Shown in pieces: positions 35,801-48,662 of a stretch of 60,268 nucleotides of DNA. This DNA is from Phyllobates terribilis. Its lineage: Eukaryota. Below the pieces are notes generated by a model, which was not told where the DNA came from, did not search any database, and was given only the letters and a program-made list of their open reading frames with translations. Position 1 is the stretch's first letter, and each line of letters opens with the position of its first letter. Location of the stretch: NCBI RefSeq assembly GCF_046119375.1, contig NW_027367250.1, positions 1-60,268 on the forward strand. Direction: 5' to 3'. Made by a program: the position numbers and the translations under genes.

Positions 35801-37969
35801 CACCTTTTCATCCCGAAAATTCCAAATGTAACTTTGATCAACACATTTTACCCTATACAAATACTTTGTTGATTTACTCACTCTATACCCAAAGTTTTTC
35901 TCTTAGGGCCATATGTTTTCTCTTAGGGCCATATTTTGCAATTGCAGTCTTAACTTCATCTTTGCTATTGAACAATTTTCTACATGTAAAAAGTCTATTG
36001 CACTTGACTGACATGTTGATTATACCTTTCAGAAGCGTCATCATGGTCATCATCAGTACTATCATCATGTTGCGTAATAGTGTCATCATGTTGCGAATAG
36101 TGTCGTCATGTTGCGGAATAGTGTCATCATGTTGCGGAATAGTGTCATCATGATGCAGAATAGGGTCGTTATGATGTGGAATAGAGTCATCATATTGCAC
36201 TTTAGCCCTGTCATCATTTCTCATGCTACTAATATTTACATCAATTGTCTTCCTTTTCTGGGGTTGAATGACTTCCATAGAATTCTCTAATGACACATAT
36301 AATGGTAATGACCACGATACTTCAGGGCTGTCATTTATAGCTATAAAAGACTTGAGATCATCGTTATCCTCAATTGTATATGGAGTTCTCAATATATGAT
36401 GAGGATGGAGGTGACCGAATATAAGATTAGAATCTTTGAAATCGATCTTGAATCTGTTAATAATTTGCATCTTTAGATCTTCTAGTTCAAAACCGTCATC
36501 AAGTACAAATGCTTTTGTTTTCATGTTTCCATGATAAGAACCATTATCTTCATCTACAATATTAAGTAAAACAAAAAATAAGCATCATCAATAAAAAAGT
36601 GTCATCGACTATTAACCGTTTTCAAAAGTGTCATCAATGAAAAGGTTTCATCAATTACTTACATTAAGTAAATCAATATTTCAAAAGTGTCATCTATAAT
36701 TAAAAAGTGTCATCAAACCTAAATCAAAACTAAATCTACCAACAACTCTAAACTGTCATCAAACAATCTACCAACCATGAAGGTGTCATCAGGTATAAAT
36801 AAAATGTGTCCTCAACTTTCCAACAATGAAAAGTGTCATCAAATATGAAACCTGAATCAAAACTGTCATCAAACCATCAATAAACTATCATCAAACCCTA
36901 GATATCAAAATTGTCATCAAACCATCAGACATAAATCCAAAACGTCATCAAACCAAAAAATGTGCACAACTTTGAACCATCAATAAGCTGTCATGAAACC
37001 ATCAATAATTTAGAAATTGTCATCAAACCTAAATCGAAAGTGTCATTATATTGTCCTCATAGTGTCATCAATCCATCAAAGCTAAATCAAAGTTGTCCTC
37101 ATATTGTCGAAATTGTCATCATACTATCGAAACTGTCCTCAAATTATAAAATTTGTCATAAAGTTGTCAATATTGTCATCAAACCTAGATCATTGAAATC
37201 GAATGCGATTTTACCATAGAATCGAACGAAATATCAGTTTTAGAACAAAAATCAATTGAAATAGAACATTTTACTGAAATAAGGAGAGGAATGAGACCGA
37301 AAATCAGTTTTCGCGGCTGAGATGTGGCCGCGATGCGTCTGAGAAGGAGGAAACCGGATAGACGATGACAAAAGGAGGAAGAAGACGAAAAGGACAATAG
37401 ACGGCTGGAAAACAATCACCGGTGTAGAACGATAGACGACGAAGGAATCGCCGGATAGAAGACGACGAAAAGGACGCGGCTGGTGCAGAACGATAGACGA
37501 CAAAGGAGGACACCGGTGTAGGCAAAGGAGGACGCCGGCAAGGCGACTCCGGTCAGGTGAGTTCGCGTGAGAGAGAGGAAGAAGAGAGTTCGCGTGAGAG
37601 AGAGGAAGAAGAGCGTTCGGGCGTAGAAGAGAGTACGCTGAGAAAGAAGAGAGAGAAATATTTTTTAGGTTTAGATTTTGTTTATATATTGGGGTTAGTT
37701 TTGTTAACTTAAAAAGTGGGGTCTGTTTATCTAATTTCAACTAAGGTTTGGACTAGTTAGCGAATCGACCTTTTTAATTGCCATCTGCATCTGGTTCTGA
37801 CTTCCTACTAAGAGAAAATATCCAACATAATACTCACACATGTATCCTAGGTTGAGTGATTAAATCCCGGGGTGTTGCAAATGTCACTCTAGCTGGATAA
37901 AAACTTGTGGTCTTTATGTGCTTTTTTTTCTTCTTCTTTTTGTACAAGCAAACAAAAGGCCTATCAAAA

Positions 37970-38460
37970 CTACAGGCCTAAATCATTTGTTAAGATGATT
38001 GAGAAGAACTCCCGCACCGAGGGGGATGAATGCTGAAGTGACAGGAACTCGTCCCTTCTAGAGTCCAAGTTGTCCGCTTCGCTAGATGAAGTAAGTTGTG
38101 CTGCAAGAGCAATAGTGTTGATGTTGACTTGCTTTGAAGCCACAAAATCAGCCGCTTTATTCCCTTCTCTTTTACAGTGTCTGACACCCACTTTGTTGAA
38201 ACCTGCAAGAAGAGTACCAATTTCTTGCAAAATAACCATAATTTCCCAAGGCACCTTACCCGCCCCCTTAATCCCATTGATAACTATCAGATTATCACCT
38301 TCCATGATAATCTCCCTATACCCCAAACCACGAGCTGCCTTGACTGCAACCAAGGCAGCCAAGGCTCCAGTCTGGAGTACTGTTTTATTGCTAATTCAAA
38401 CTTTGTCAAGAGCTTTAACCATACCCATATTATTTCTCGCAACATAGGCAATTAATGCAT
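37970..38460 (-). pseudogene. L1 LINE RNase H (RVT_3-type) fragment
   Basis: ALAALVAVKAARGLGYREIIMEGDNLIVINGI...VRHCKREGNKAADFVA is the typical plant L1 C-terminal RNase H pattern. Confidence 0.85.
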
Positions 38461-39100
38461 AATTACCCTTATTTATCCATTAATTTTTTTTATCAAACTT
38501 TACTCCTAAATCAGTTACATTAGGCCACGTGTGAATGACTTTTGAATTCCCAAACTCCACCATTATTTACTGTCTCAGTATTTAAGATATTATTGCTCAT
38601 TTAGACGACTATTAAATTCTTCTTAACTCTTTCATTAGAAAGAATTTTTTTTTAAGCCTTTTCAGTTTCTTCCACGACTATTGGCTTTGTAATTAAATCG
38701 CACTCCATCCAAACCTACACTGGTCTACCTTATTGTATCTTCATCTTCTGCATAGCGTAGCAAGCACAGTTCCAACCTTTCGATCAGATTTTGTGAGTTT
38801 TTCTCCCCCTTAGTTTCTAGAATGGAATAAAGGTTTCCTGCTATTCATGATACTCTTCTAGGACTTGGGCAGTGATTTGTTATAATGATTTCCAAGGTTG
38901 ATTGTGTAGTATATTATAGATAGTTGAGAATAAAAACGGAGTCAATTTATCCTTTCAACCTTCGTTTTTAATTGAGTTCTGATCTACTCTTAGTTTACTC
39001 ACAATGGTTTGAAAAAATAGAGATGTTTATATGTTTTTGTTTTTACTTGTGCGTTGAATCTGGGCACTCAAAGTGTAGACATTTTCCAACTCATACTACT

Positions 39101-42100
39101 TGTTTTGGACCAATTTAGACGAATAGATCTTAATTCCTTAGATTATAAGGTTAAGATAATTAATACATATCGATCAATCATACATCAAGATAATCGGATA
39201 AATAATGATAATAATGACTAGATTATTGAATTACAACGTCTGAGCTAGATTGAAAGATAAAAGTAATGTATGAAAAGAGTACATGGAAAAGAGCAATTGA
39301 ACTTATCTTCATCGGACGGGCCGACAGAATTACAGGACGGACTGAAAGAATTACAGGACTGAAACGAGTATATGGAGGATCACAAGATGGAAACAAGTAT
39401 ATGGAGATTCCGTAGTTTGGTGTTGGCGTACATATGAATTGTAGATCTGCATGGAGTAGGTTAGAAGGCAGGAGTAGGAGTTTATTGGAATTGGATCTGC
39501 TATCACAAGGGCATAACGACTCCCTTTTATAGCTGAAATCTACCTAGCAGCGTCGTGCTCCTCAAGTGATGAATAGTTACAACTGCTTCCGGATTTTAAG
39601 GAGAGAATGAAGAATAAATCTTCAGCAGGTTGAAGCCACAATAATAGGGATTCCCTAACGATTTGGACTTTTCAAAGTGGTTCCTATATACGGGGGATCG
39701 ACGGTCGTTTCGTTTACTAGCTGCAAAATCTCAACCACGATAATTGCCCCAAATTTATCTCGATCGACGATGCAAGGCGACAGATGAGATGAATTTCCAA
39801 AACCTTCGTTGAGGGTGTCACGTGACTATTGATTTCGTTCAGGTTGTATCTTTGTGTAGATGAATGCAAGTTAAAGTGATGTATTCTGATGTTGTCTTCC
39901 GTATGTTTAGTATTTCTACGTATTGTAAACTTGTAGTTGTAGTGTATCTGAATTAAAAAACGAGGTCTGTCACATAGACATTGACGTTAGTCACAAATTT
40001 TATATGAACCCCGACGTGATCATTTTGTATGCCTCAAACGTTGCCTAAGGCAGGCATTATGCCGTTATTTCTAGATGTTGCATTCTCGCCCGTCGACAAG
40101 TTGCAAGGCCTATGTTATTGTGTGTTTTGGACATGCATGTGTAAGTAATTCAAGGGAGACAACAAATGTAGTATGCTTTTATGTAGGATTTAGAAAGGTA
40201 CAACCCGTTTGTCGTCACGAGGCTGACTATGTCAGTGTCCTTTAACATTGTAACATCCTAATGCACAAGTTTGTTTACTTGTATGCATTGTAAGCATTAT
40301 TTGTAAAGTGTATGACCGGTCTGTTGAGTATGTACATATGCATATGTGTATTGTTTATGTGGATATATCCAGTTTGTAAATGTTGTGCATGTTAGTCATG
40401 ACTTGTGAATGTGTTACCCAAGGGGAAAGTACGTAGGCTAGGCCATTATTGTATAGGAGGTTTGGTTAGTACTGAGCTTATACAAAGTATAAGGTTCGTG
40501 GGGTACGACGTGCCAAACTCCGTTTGTAAACCCTTGTGAAACGATCGATCATGTATGTAAGGGTCGTCACCCATATGTATGTAATTGTACCGTGAAATGT
40601 CAAGATACTTCACTTGTAGTAGCAATTGCGTTTTGTGCGCCCTTGATTTTGTTTTGGTAAGACAAAATGAATGAAAGGAGCTTGGTAGCCGAATTTACTC
40701 GACAATTCTCCATTGTTTGAGTTAGTGGGCATTTAGAGGAATGACAATGACAATATGAGAACAAGAATAATATAGAATTAAAGGTAACAAATATGACCTG
40801 AATCTCCAATCATCTTGAGGTTAGAGATAAGTTTTGCATCGGTGTTGTGATCACACCGTTAGGATCTTCAAGTTGACCATGTTGATCAGACTAGAATATA
40901 AACATCTCTTCACAAGTATATTTTGCTAGTGGTTTTTAAATCTTTACTTTGTTTAATGCTCCTGTTGGTCATTAACGCAAAGCCTTAGACCAGGGAAGAG
41001 GTCGTCTATTGCATTGTACATTGTTCCACCATTTGGCTTGACCAAGTTTGAAAGTGGAGTGACAATTCTTCTCTGTTGAAGGACTATGAGTCAAGCGTTA
41101 TTTGATCTTTTGTTTAAAAGAGTAGATGGTCGGGAAAACGATTACAAAATAATATGAGTTGGACTGGTGATCTGATCAATAGTCTCTATAGACATAAGAG
41201 AGTCATACGAATGCATGAGACATGTATAAAACAAGATACAATAGACATATTGGTATAAGACTATTTTGTAAGCTATCTAGAATAGTCTATGTCTATAAAA
41301 TAAAGTGTCAAGGATAAGTGTCCTAGATTTGTGTGTAAGGTACATGAATGCTATAAGAACGAGGACGGTGCATAAGTATAATTCATTTGACAATTAAACG
41401 ACATGCATGCGGTTAACGGTAGAAAAGCTACGTACGTATGTACGCTAGGCATAGTATTAGGATTTAGATTTATCCAGGATAAAATGAATCATCCTTAGAC
41501 GAACACATTAAGTGTGGGTTCAACAAAACTATATCGAGCGAAATAATTTATTTTGACTATATCTAAGGTAATGTCATACAACATGCTTGTGTCATGAGTA
41601 AGACGGGACACATACTTTAAAGTCAAGAGTTAAATGTATGCGAGATTTGTAAAAGAATATTGTGTATGTGTTCATGAGTTCGTCGGTATTTAAACATGAA
41701 AGAACTCAAGCAATTAAAAGTCACATGATCAAGCATTTTAGTCATGATGCCCATTGTGTTTGTCCGTTGATGAATCGATTCACATATAAAGATAGAGTGA
41801 ATGAAGCGGAACATGATATTAGATGATGCAATGTATTAAAATTTTAAGGAGAGGGACTTATCTGTCACGGTTGGTGATTGCGTAGTCTGATGAACTTGTT
41901 GTAGTGGTCGTTTCATCTTGGTCGGATCTTGATACTTTGATATTGACTGTTTGCAAGGTGACACGACATAGTTAGAAAAAAGACTATTTTTCCAAATGTC
42001 GTGATGAACATGTAAATAATGTCCAAAGAATTGTCATTGGACGTGATGCTCAAAGTCGTATAGCCATGTGATGGATATCTAAGATTATATTTCTTATGCA

Positions 42101-45100
42101 GTACGACCATACTTTTTGTTATGCAAAGACCTTGTAGCGTGTTTGACTTGTAGAGTTATTTGGTGCCTTCATTCTGGGTTGTGTTTGTTTTCCTCTTCGT
42201 GTATGTGCGACCTTTGGGCTGGTCGGCTTTGTCCATAATAGTTTCTTGAACTAGCTCTGTATAATATAGATCTTCATCGCACTTATGTGTGTCACCGATT
42301 TTTGCGGCTTGTGTGTGTCGTACTTATTGTACAATGTCATTTCTAATGATTCTTTTTGTTTTGTCCAACTTTATGCATTTGCAACTCGTTAGTTGCCCCA
42401 AGTGGATATGGCCCCTTTGTAATGATTTTGAAGGTGTGTGACTCATGTTCAAGAGAGGTTATAAAGATATCTCTATGAGTGCTTCTATTTTCCCTTCATT
42501 AGTTGCCCAGTTTAGGAGTCGTCACGACCCTTTAAAAAGGATGGTCATTGTACATATAGACCTATGAAGGTATTGACTTGTGTCAAGCATTTCGTATTGT
42601 GTTGTCATATCTTCATTAGATACATCACCATTTCTTGTTTGCAAACGTGACCAATCACGATTTTGCATGTTTGACCAGATGGATATTATATGCTCGTTCT
42701 GATACGTGTGATAAGCTTATCAAGAAGAAGAGGTATTCCTAGACGCATGGATCTTATGTCATGAGTCATAACTTAAGACCAAGGAATGAAATGTTAAAAA
42801 TAAGTGCACATGTATTAGAATGCGTTTCTTAGAAAGTGATATTTTAAATGCTAGTTCTTCCTCGACCCAAGGAAGCGTGTGAGTGCATAATATGATGAGG
42901 GTGAGATGTTATGCGATATTGTAACTGAAACTCATAAGGAAAGTCATAATGAAATTCAAAATGGTTAGTTACATGTTTCAACATAAGTGCAATGATTGCC
43001 AAAAAGAAAGATGTATCTAAATGTCATGAAACATAGTTGCTAGAAGATTGGACATGATGCATGCGTATAGGTATAGCACAATTGTAGAAAATACGAAGTG
43101 ATAATCAATATATCCTTTTGTATCTCAGGATTGGTAGGTCAGACAAGAGAATGTGTATATGTATGCATGGTGTATAAGAGAAGCGAAGTAACGACCTCGT
43201 ACAAAGATGCATGTGTTTATAAGTCATGAAATTATTCAGATGGTCTAAATGCTAAATATTTGAATAAAATAGTTGTATCATTTAGAGTTATGAAAATAGT
43301 CTCCATGAACAAGAACTATAAGAATAGCATGTGCAAAAGCTATGAATGCATGACGCAAGTAATAAAGATTCACACCAAAGCTAACATAATAGCAAAGGCA
43401 TGAGAGAATTGAATTGTATTTGTGTGAACAAGTTAATCAATTGTGTGTACTATAAAGCAAGATTGGACGAGAGTATTAATTGTATTGAAACTGTATAGAA
43501 GGTACTTATGTTTTAAGGTTGATGAACACACGATCCATAGGTTTGACTGTTACCATCACTCAGATTTTCGATATGAATGAAAACATGGTCGACCTCTTGA
43601 CCCGACGCTTCTAGATCATCTCTATGTACATGGTGTTTTCAATTGCTCCAAGGGTGGAAATTTAGTAATTGTGAATGTCATCCTTTTGGTCAACTAAGAC
43701 ACTCGACGAGGTCTTGACCTTTAGCAAACAAACTTGTTTTGATGCAACTTGAGTCGGGATCGACTCAGTCGGCAATCTACAAGTCAAGACAATATCGTTA
43801 GTATAATATGAATGGAATTTTGGAGTTTTTAGACTATACCTTTGCTTATGATAGCTCTTCATTTCAACAAATAGTCATCTGTTTGTACGATTGTGATGTC
43901 GTTGAGGATTGTTGTGCTCCTTAACATAGTGTATTTTCCACATTTAAGGTACGAGTTGCCATTTGTCCCAGCTATTATGACTTTTGTCTTGGCTTTCCAG
44001 GGATAGTAAGACACTATGTAGTCGACCTAGTGTAATAGTACTAAATAGCAGACGAACATGAAAGTAACTAAAATATTTCAAGATATTATTCGTTAACAAA
44101 GATTATGTTAAACACTTAACAAATGTTCTGAATTCCTTGATCGTCAAAGAAAGCTACCAAGATATCCTCTAAAATTGAGAAAAAAATAATATGCGACATG
44201 GTATTGACGACTATATGTACGTTTAATCCAACACTAGAGGTAAAAGAGCGATCGATAGTTTTAACATTGGCGTTTATAGCAATTTTCTATTAAGACATGC
44301 TCAACATGTAAACTATAAAGTACTCTAGGGTGTATTTAGTAAGTAACCTGTACGAGGTTTAATCATAATTTCTAAAAGAGCTTGTGAGGTTATATGACAA
44401 GCATGCGACAATAGGTAGAATTGCATTGGAGAACTCTAAGTAGAATTAAGGACAACTAGTTTCATGTTCTAACATGTCAAGACGCAAGAATCAATCGGGA
44501 AAGAGTTAAATAGCGAAGCGTTGCAACACATTATTTGTTTAAAGTTATGAATGCATAGAGATATGAATTCATGAGTAAAATACATTGTTTGTGTACTAGA
44601 CCGGTTGTTCATACACAAAAGAGCGTTTAGACGATCATAATACGTGCAATTGACATGAAATAAAGATCTTGTATAAGTAAGCATTCGTTTGACTATATAA
44701 AGCATGCATGAGGTGAAGCAATAATTAAGTCGTATATTTAAACATAATGGATATAGAACGTATGTGAATTTATTAAGGAAGATTGTTTATGACTTATGCA
44801 GTTGGGTTACGTGGACGTACTAATAAAGTTAGATATAAAAAGTAGTACTAGTTAGAGATAGTATAGAAAGGACTTATCTCTCATGTGACGTTCGTATGAG
44901 GTAGTGGTTATATTACCGTCTTCATTTGGATCATGGTATGATATCTTGGTTGTGTAAATTCAAGATCGTCAATTTGGTGAGTTCGTCAGTGCCGATAAAT
45001 TAACGACATTGGTTTAGTGGTTGTTGTATAAAGACCATCGACATTTAGACCATCTAGACGGTCGTTATTACGTAAATTGTTATTCATTGGGTATGATGTT

Positions 45101-46848
45101 AACGATAAATTATATGACTTTAAGTCGTGTAAACAAAATTGATCGAGTAATGTAATTAGGTCGGACTGACTTTGTTGTATGTCAGGTCCAAATGAACATT
45201 TAGATTATGTCTTGTACCCTGGTCATACTGACTTGGTGGAATGTCAGATCTAATTATATTGTTGACATGGCCGAGACGTTAGACTTAGTCATGTTGTCGG
45301 ACCTAGTCATGTTGTCCGACTGGTGGCGTCGTCAGACATAGTCGTATCGATGGACTGATCAAGTCATCTTTCTGGTGGCACCGTCTGATATATTCGTATC
45401 GACGGACCGATCAAGTCCTCAGATTGATGGCTTCATTAGACATAGTCGTATCGACGGACTGATCAAGTCGTCAGACTAATGGCGTCGTTAGACATGGTCG
45501 TGATGGTTTAGTCGTGTACCAGATCCGAATGAACATTCAAATACGTCATCCCCAGGTGATACTGACTTGGTCGAGCGTCGGATTTGATTGTACCGTCAAA
45601 CATGGTCAGGATCTCAGACTCGGTCATGTCGTCCGTCGTGGTCCCTTCACCAAATTAGTTATGTAGTTGAACTAGTCAATGTCGTCAGACTAGGATGTGC
45701 CATCAGACATGGTCATGATTTCAGATTTGGTCAAGTTGTCAGACTTGTTACATCATCAGACCCGTCCGCGTTGTCAGACTGGGTGTGCCATCAGAAATGG
45801 TCGTGATGTCGGATTTGGTCATGTCGTCAGGCTTGTTACGTCATCAGATCCGTCCGCGTTGTCAGACTGGGTGTGCCATCAGACATGGTTGTGATAACGG
45901 ATCTGGTCATGTCGTCAGGCTACTTGCGTCATCAGACCTGTTTCTGTCGTCAGACATGTTCCAGTCGTCAGACATGTTTCTGTCGTCAGACGTGGTCGGA
46001 TCGTCCGACTGGTTACGTCGTTAGGTTTAGAAGTTTTGTTAGATCTGGTCATGAAGTCGGACCTGGATGAGGCTGTGGATTGTATCTACGACTTCAACAA
46101 TAATGCATACTAGATTAGATATGATGATTGTAAAGCGATCTAGATGAATAGATTAATCGAATGATTTTAACCATCTGCCCCACGGTGGGCGCCAAAGTGT
46201 TTTGGACAAATTTAGACCAATAGATATTAATTCGTTAAATAGTAGGGTTAAGATAATTAATACATATCGATCAATCATACATCAAGATAATCAGATTAAA
46301 AATGATAATAATGACTAGATTATTGAATTACAGCGTCGGAGCTAGATTGAAAGATACAAGTAATGTATGAAAAGAGTACATGGAAAAGATTAATTGAACT
46401 TATCTTTATCGAACGAGCTGACAGAATTACAGGACGGACTGGCCGAATTACAGGACTGAAACGAGTATATGGAGGATTACAAGATGGAAACAAGTATATG
46501 GAGGGAATCAGATTTCGTAGTTTGGTGTTGGCGTACATATGAATTGTAGATCTGCATGGAGTAGGTTAGAAGGCCGGAGTAGGAGTTTATCCGAATTGGA
46601 TCTACTATCACAAGGGCAGAACAACTCCCTTTTATAGCTGACATCTACCTAGCAGCGTCTTGCTTCTCAAGTCATGGACGGTTACAACCGCTTCTAGATT
46701 TTAAGGAGACGATGGAGAATAAATCTTCAGCAGGTTCAAGCTACAATAATAGGGATTCCCTAACGATTTGGACCTTTACAAAGTGGTTCGTACATACGGG
46801 GGATCGACGGTCGTGTCGTTTACTAGCTGCAAAATCTCGACCCCAACA
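39101..46848 (-). mobile_element. Older Tat-lineage LTR element with a degenerate interior
   Basis: Direct repeats 39101-39742 and 46198-46848, TSD CTACT/CTAAT (1 mismatch). The reverse-complement PBS GCCCCACGGTGGGCGCCA (46177-46194) is a perfect tRNA-Lys type, and GGGGCAAT serves as PPT on minus at ~39743-39750. No long ORF remains. Confidence 0.85.
45150..46070 (-). repeat. GTCGTCAGAC-rich tandem arrays next to the PBS of Tat element 2
   Basis: ~52-bp units (45328, 45381, 45432, 45483), 3 x 88-bp units (45697, 45785, 45873), and short ~19-bp units at 45940-45995. Confidence 0.8.
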
Positions 46849-48662
46849 CTAATCATCCTATATAAATATCTGATACTAAGCTTGTTTCTCCTCTCCATAA
46901 ATCGATAGTTTAGGCATGAGGTGTATGTGTTTGAAAAATTGGTAATTTATGCATTCATTATAACATGTATACTACCTGTGTAGTATTTGTTTGTATCAAT
47001 TGTTCATCATTCTCCATTGTATTTTGGAGCAGTCTTAATGTAAAGGCTTGATCCGAATACAAGACATTATGTGAACATGAAAACTCTTCTCTCTGTTTTT
47101 ACTTCATCCCTCTATTTTTTAAATATTTATGTTTTTTCTTTCTATTCTTTTCTTTTACTCTCAATTTTTTTGTTCGCTCTGTCTTTTTTACACTCAGAAT
47201 CTTTTTCTTCACAAAAGCTTGCTTTCACTTAGTTTCGAAAATATGGTTTAAAAGACCAAAGCGATTTTTCATTGTAGCCTAAAAATGTGTGATTTTTTTG
47301 ACTTGATACTGACTCAGTATATTCTAAGAATTGAAGCTAAACTAACTTAAATAATAGAAGAAAACTACCTCGCTTGGGCTATCTCCCGATAAGCGACTTG
47401 TTTAGAGTCGTGGCTCTACTCCTTATGCTTAACTCTTGTATGGGCTGTCAAAATCCTTTGGATCTTTTGCTCACCAAAATCGTAAGCAATTGATATCAAA
47501 GAATCTGTGAGTACGCCCTTGCTGGCATTTGATTTTAGGGTTTTTACCCTGTTCACTTAACTCCATGCGCATTCCCCCACACTTGCATTTCCTATGGACT
47601 ACTATCTGCTCTAAAGCTCATCCTGCACAACTAAATCAACATTTTGGGGACTATGCAAGATCAGTCTAGTGGGTCCAGTCCCCAATATCATCACCAGTAC
47701 CGAGTATCATCTTGCTTGTACCGCTATTTACATGATTTCCCAAACTTGGCACAACCGTGTCAATCCCGTATAAGGCTGAACCAAAGGCTTGTTGGTGATA
47801 GTCTTTCCAACAAAGAAAGTAACGGTTGTACCACCAAAACCCACTGACATCGTTCCATCTCGCACATCAATTATTGCACTACCGGTTCTCATAAATGATC
47901 TCCCTAAAATAACTGGGACCGTTTTGACCTCATAATCCATCTGGATTATGTAAAAGTGTGCGGGGAGAGTAAACTCACCCATGCATACCAATATGGTTTC
48001 CAACTTCCCTAATGAAAGGATATTGGATTTGTCGACCAACTGAGTAGGGACTCTAGTATAATTGAATGGAGCAAATCCTAAGGAATAATAAAGATAAGAA
48101 GGCAATAAATTTATAGATGTGCCCAAATTGGCAAAGGCTCAGACAATCCTCTCTCCCAATGTTGATTGGGATTGTGAACATTCCCTGTTCCTTGCACTTT
48201 TTGGGCATATGTCTAAGCATTCCAGAGCTATGTTTTCCCAATACCTTATTCTTAATAGATCTTATCCATTGCTCCCCTCTTTGTGCAATCATACCGTCTA
48301 AGAATCTCACTATGATTAGATAAACATGCATTTTAGCGTACAAGGGCCCATTTTGCTCAACGTCGTGAAACATCTCTAGCTTGGCCTTATGCATATTTAG
48401 CAGCTTCATTCTTCTCATCACAGTAGGGAAAGGTGAGTGCACATAAATCTCTTCCTTGGGCACCGTCGAGTTCATCTTTAAAGCTTTAAAGAACTATGTA
48501 TAAATGTAAGAGTTAATGCTCTTGTCACTCCCAAACAAAGAAGATTCATCCTCAATTTATATTGGTCGGTGGAGGGTGCCTGTGAATGGGCGAAAGTCGC
48601 CGCTCGCCTCTTCGGAGTCATCACTAACAAGCTTTGGATGGAAGAAGCCTCCTAAGGGTGGG

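Larger units (their letters stand above)
25236..36524 (-). pseudogene. mudrA: MuDRA-like DDE transposase pseudogene; exons 36524-35679, 35528-35232, 26717-26258, 25940-25236
   Basis: MuDR domain (FNSKDEVKTAIAKY..HTC), SYWKAWRAK, MULE core (VDDTHL.GKYKG, END.SW.WF, SDRH, C.RHL), RYNIMTTN, SWIM finger (CSC..FD..IPCAHA) and GRPKK.R with a terminal knuckle. Stops, frameshifts and a 20-bp duplication at 35898-35937 are present. Confidence 0.92.
26010..37190 (-). repeat. The same motif on the minus strand (TGTCATCA on plus), in mudrA introns and 5' region
   Basis: Blocks at ~26010-26190, 26770-26862, 34760-35170, 35570-35660, 36060-36190 and 36580-37190. The nested SIRE element lacks such arrays. 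Confidence 0.92.
17681..37782. mobile_element. Large Mutator-like element (VANDAL/Kaonashi-type) with degenerate TIRs: DUF1985-Ulp1 gene (+) convergent with mudrA (-)
   Basis: The ends start GG and finish CC. AGACCCCA.TTT..AGTTA..AA.TAACCC lies ~60 bp inside each end in inverted orientation (about 25/33 matches). CT-rich leaders point inward from both ends. No TSD was found. Confidence 0.75.

Noticed and set aside
13126-37793. TCTGCATCTG at 13126-13135 and 37784-37793 as the MULE TSD
   Set aside because: The left copy is far from the TIR-like end at 17681, and the implied ends lack terminal G/C. Probably chance.
40400-43000. RT/integrase remnants in Tat element 2
   Set aside because: Only faint partial resemblances were seen (for example YQNKIK, GAT). 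They need a profile search and are not supportable by eye.
46177-46194. tRNA-Lys gene
   Set aside because: Only the 3' 18 nt including CCA match, and they abut an LTR, so this is a PBS.
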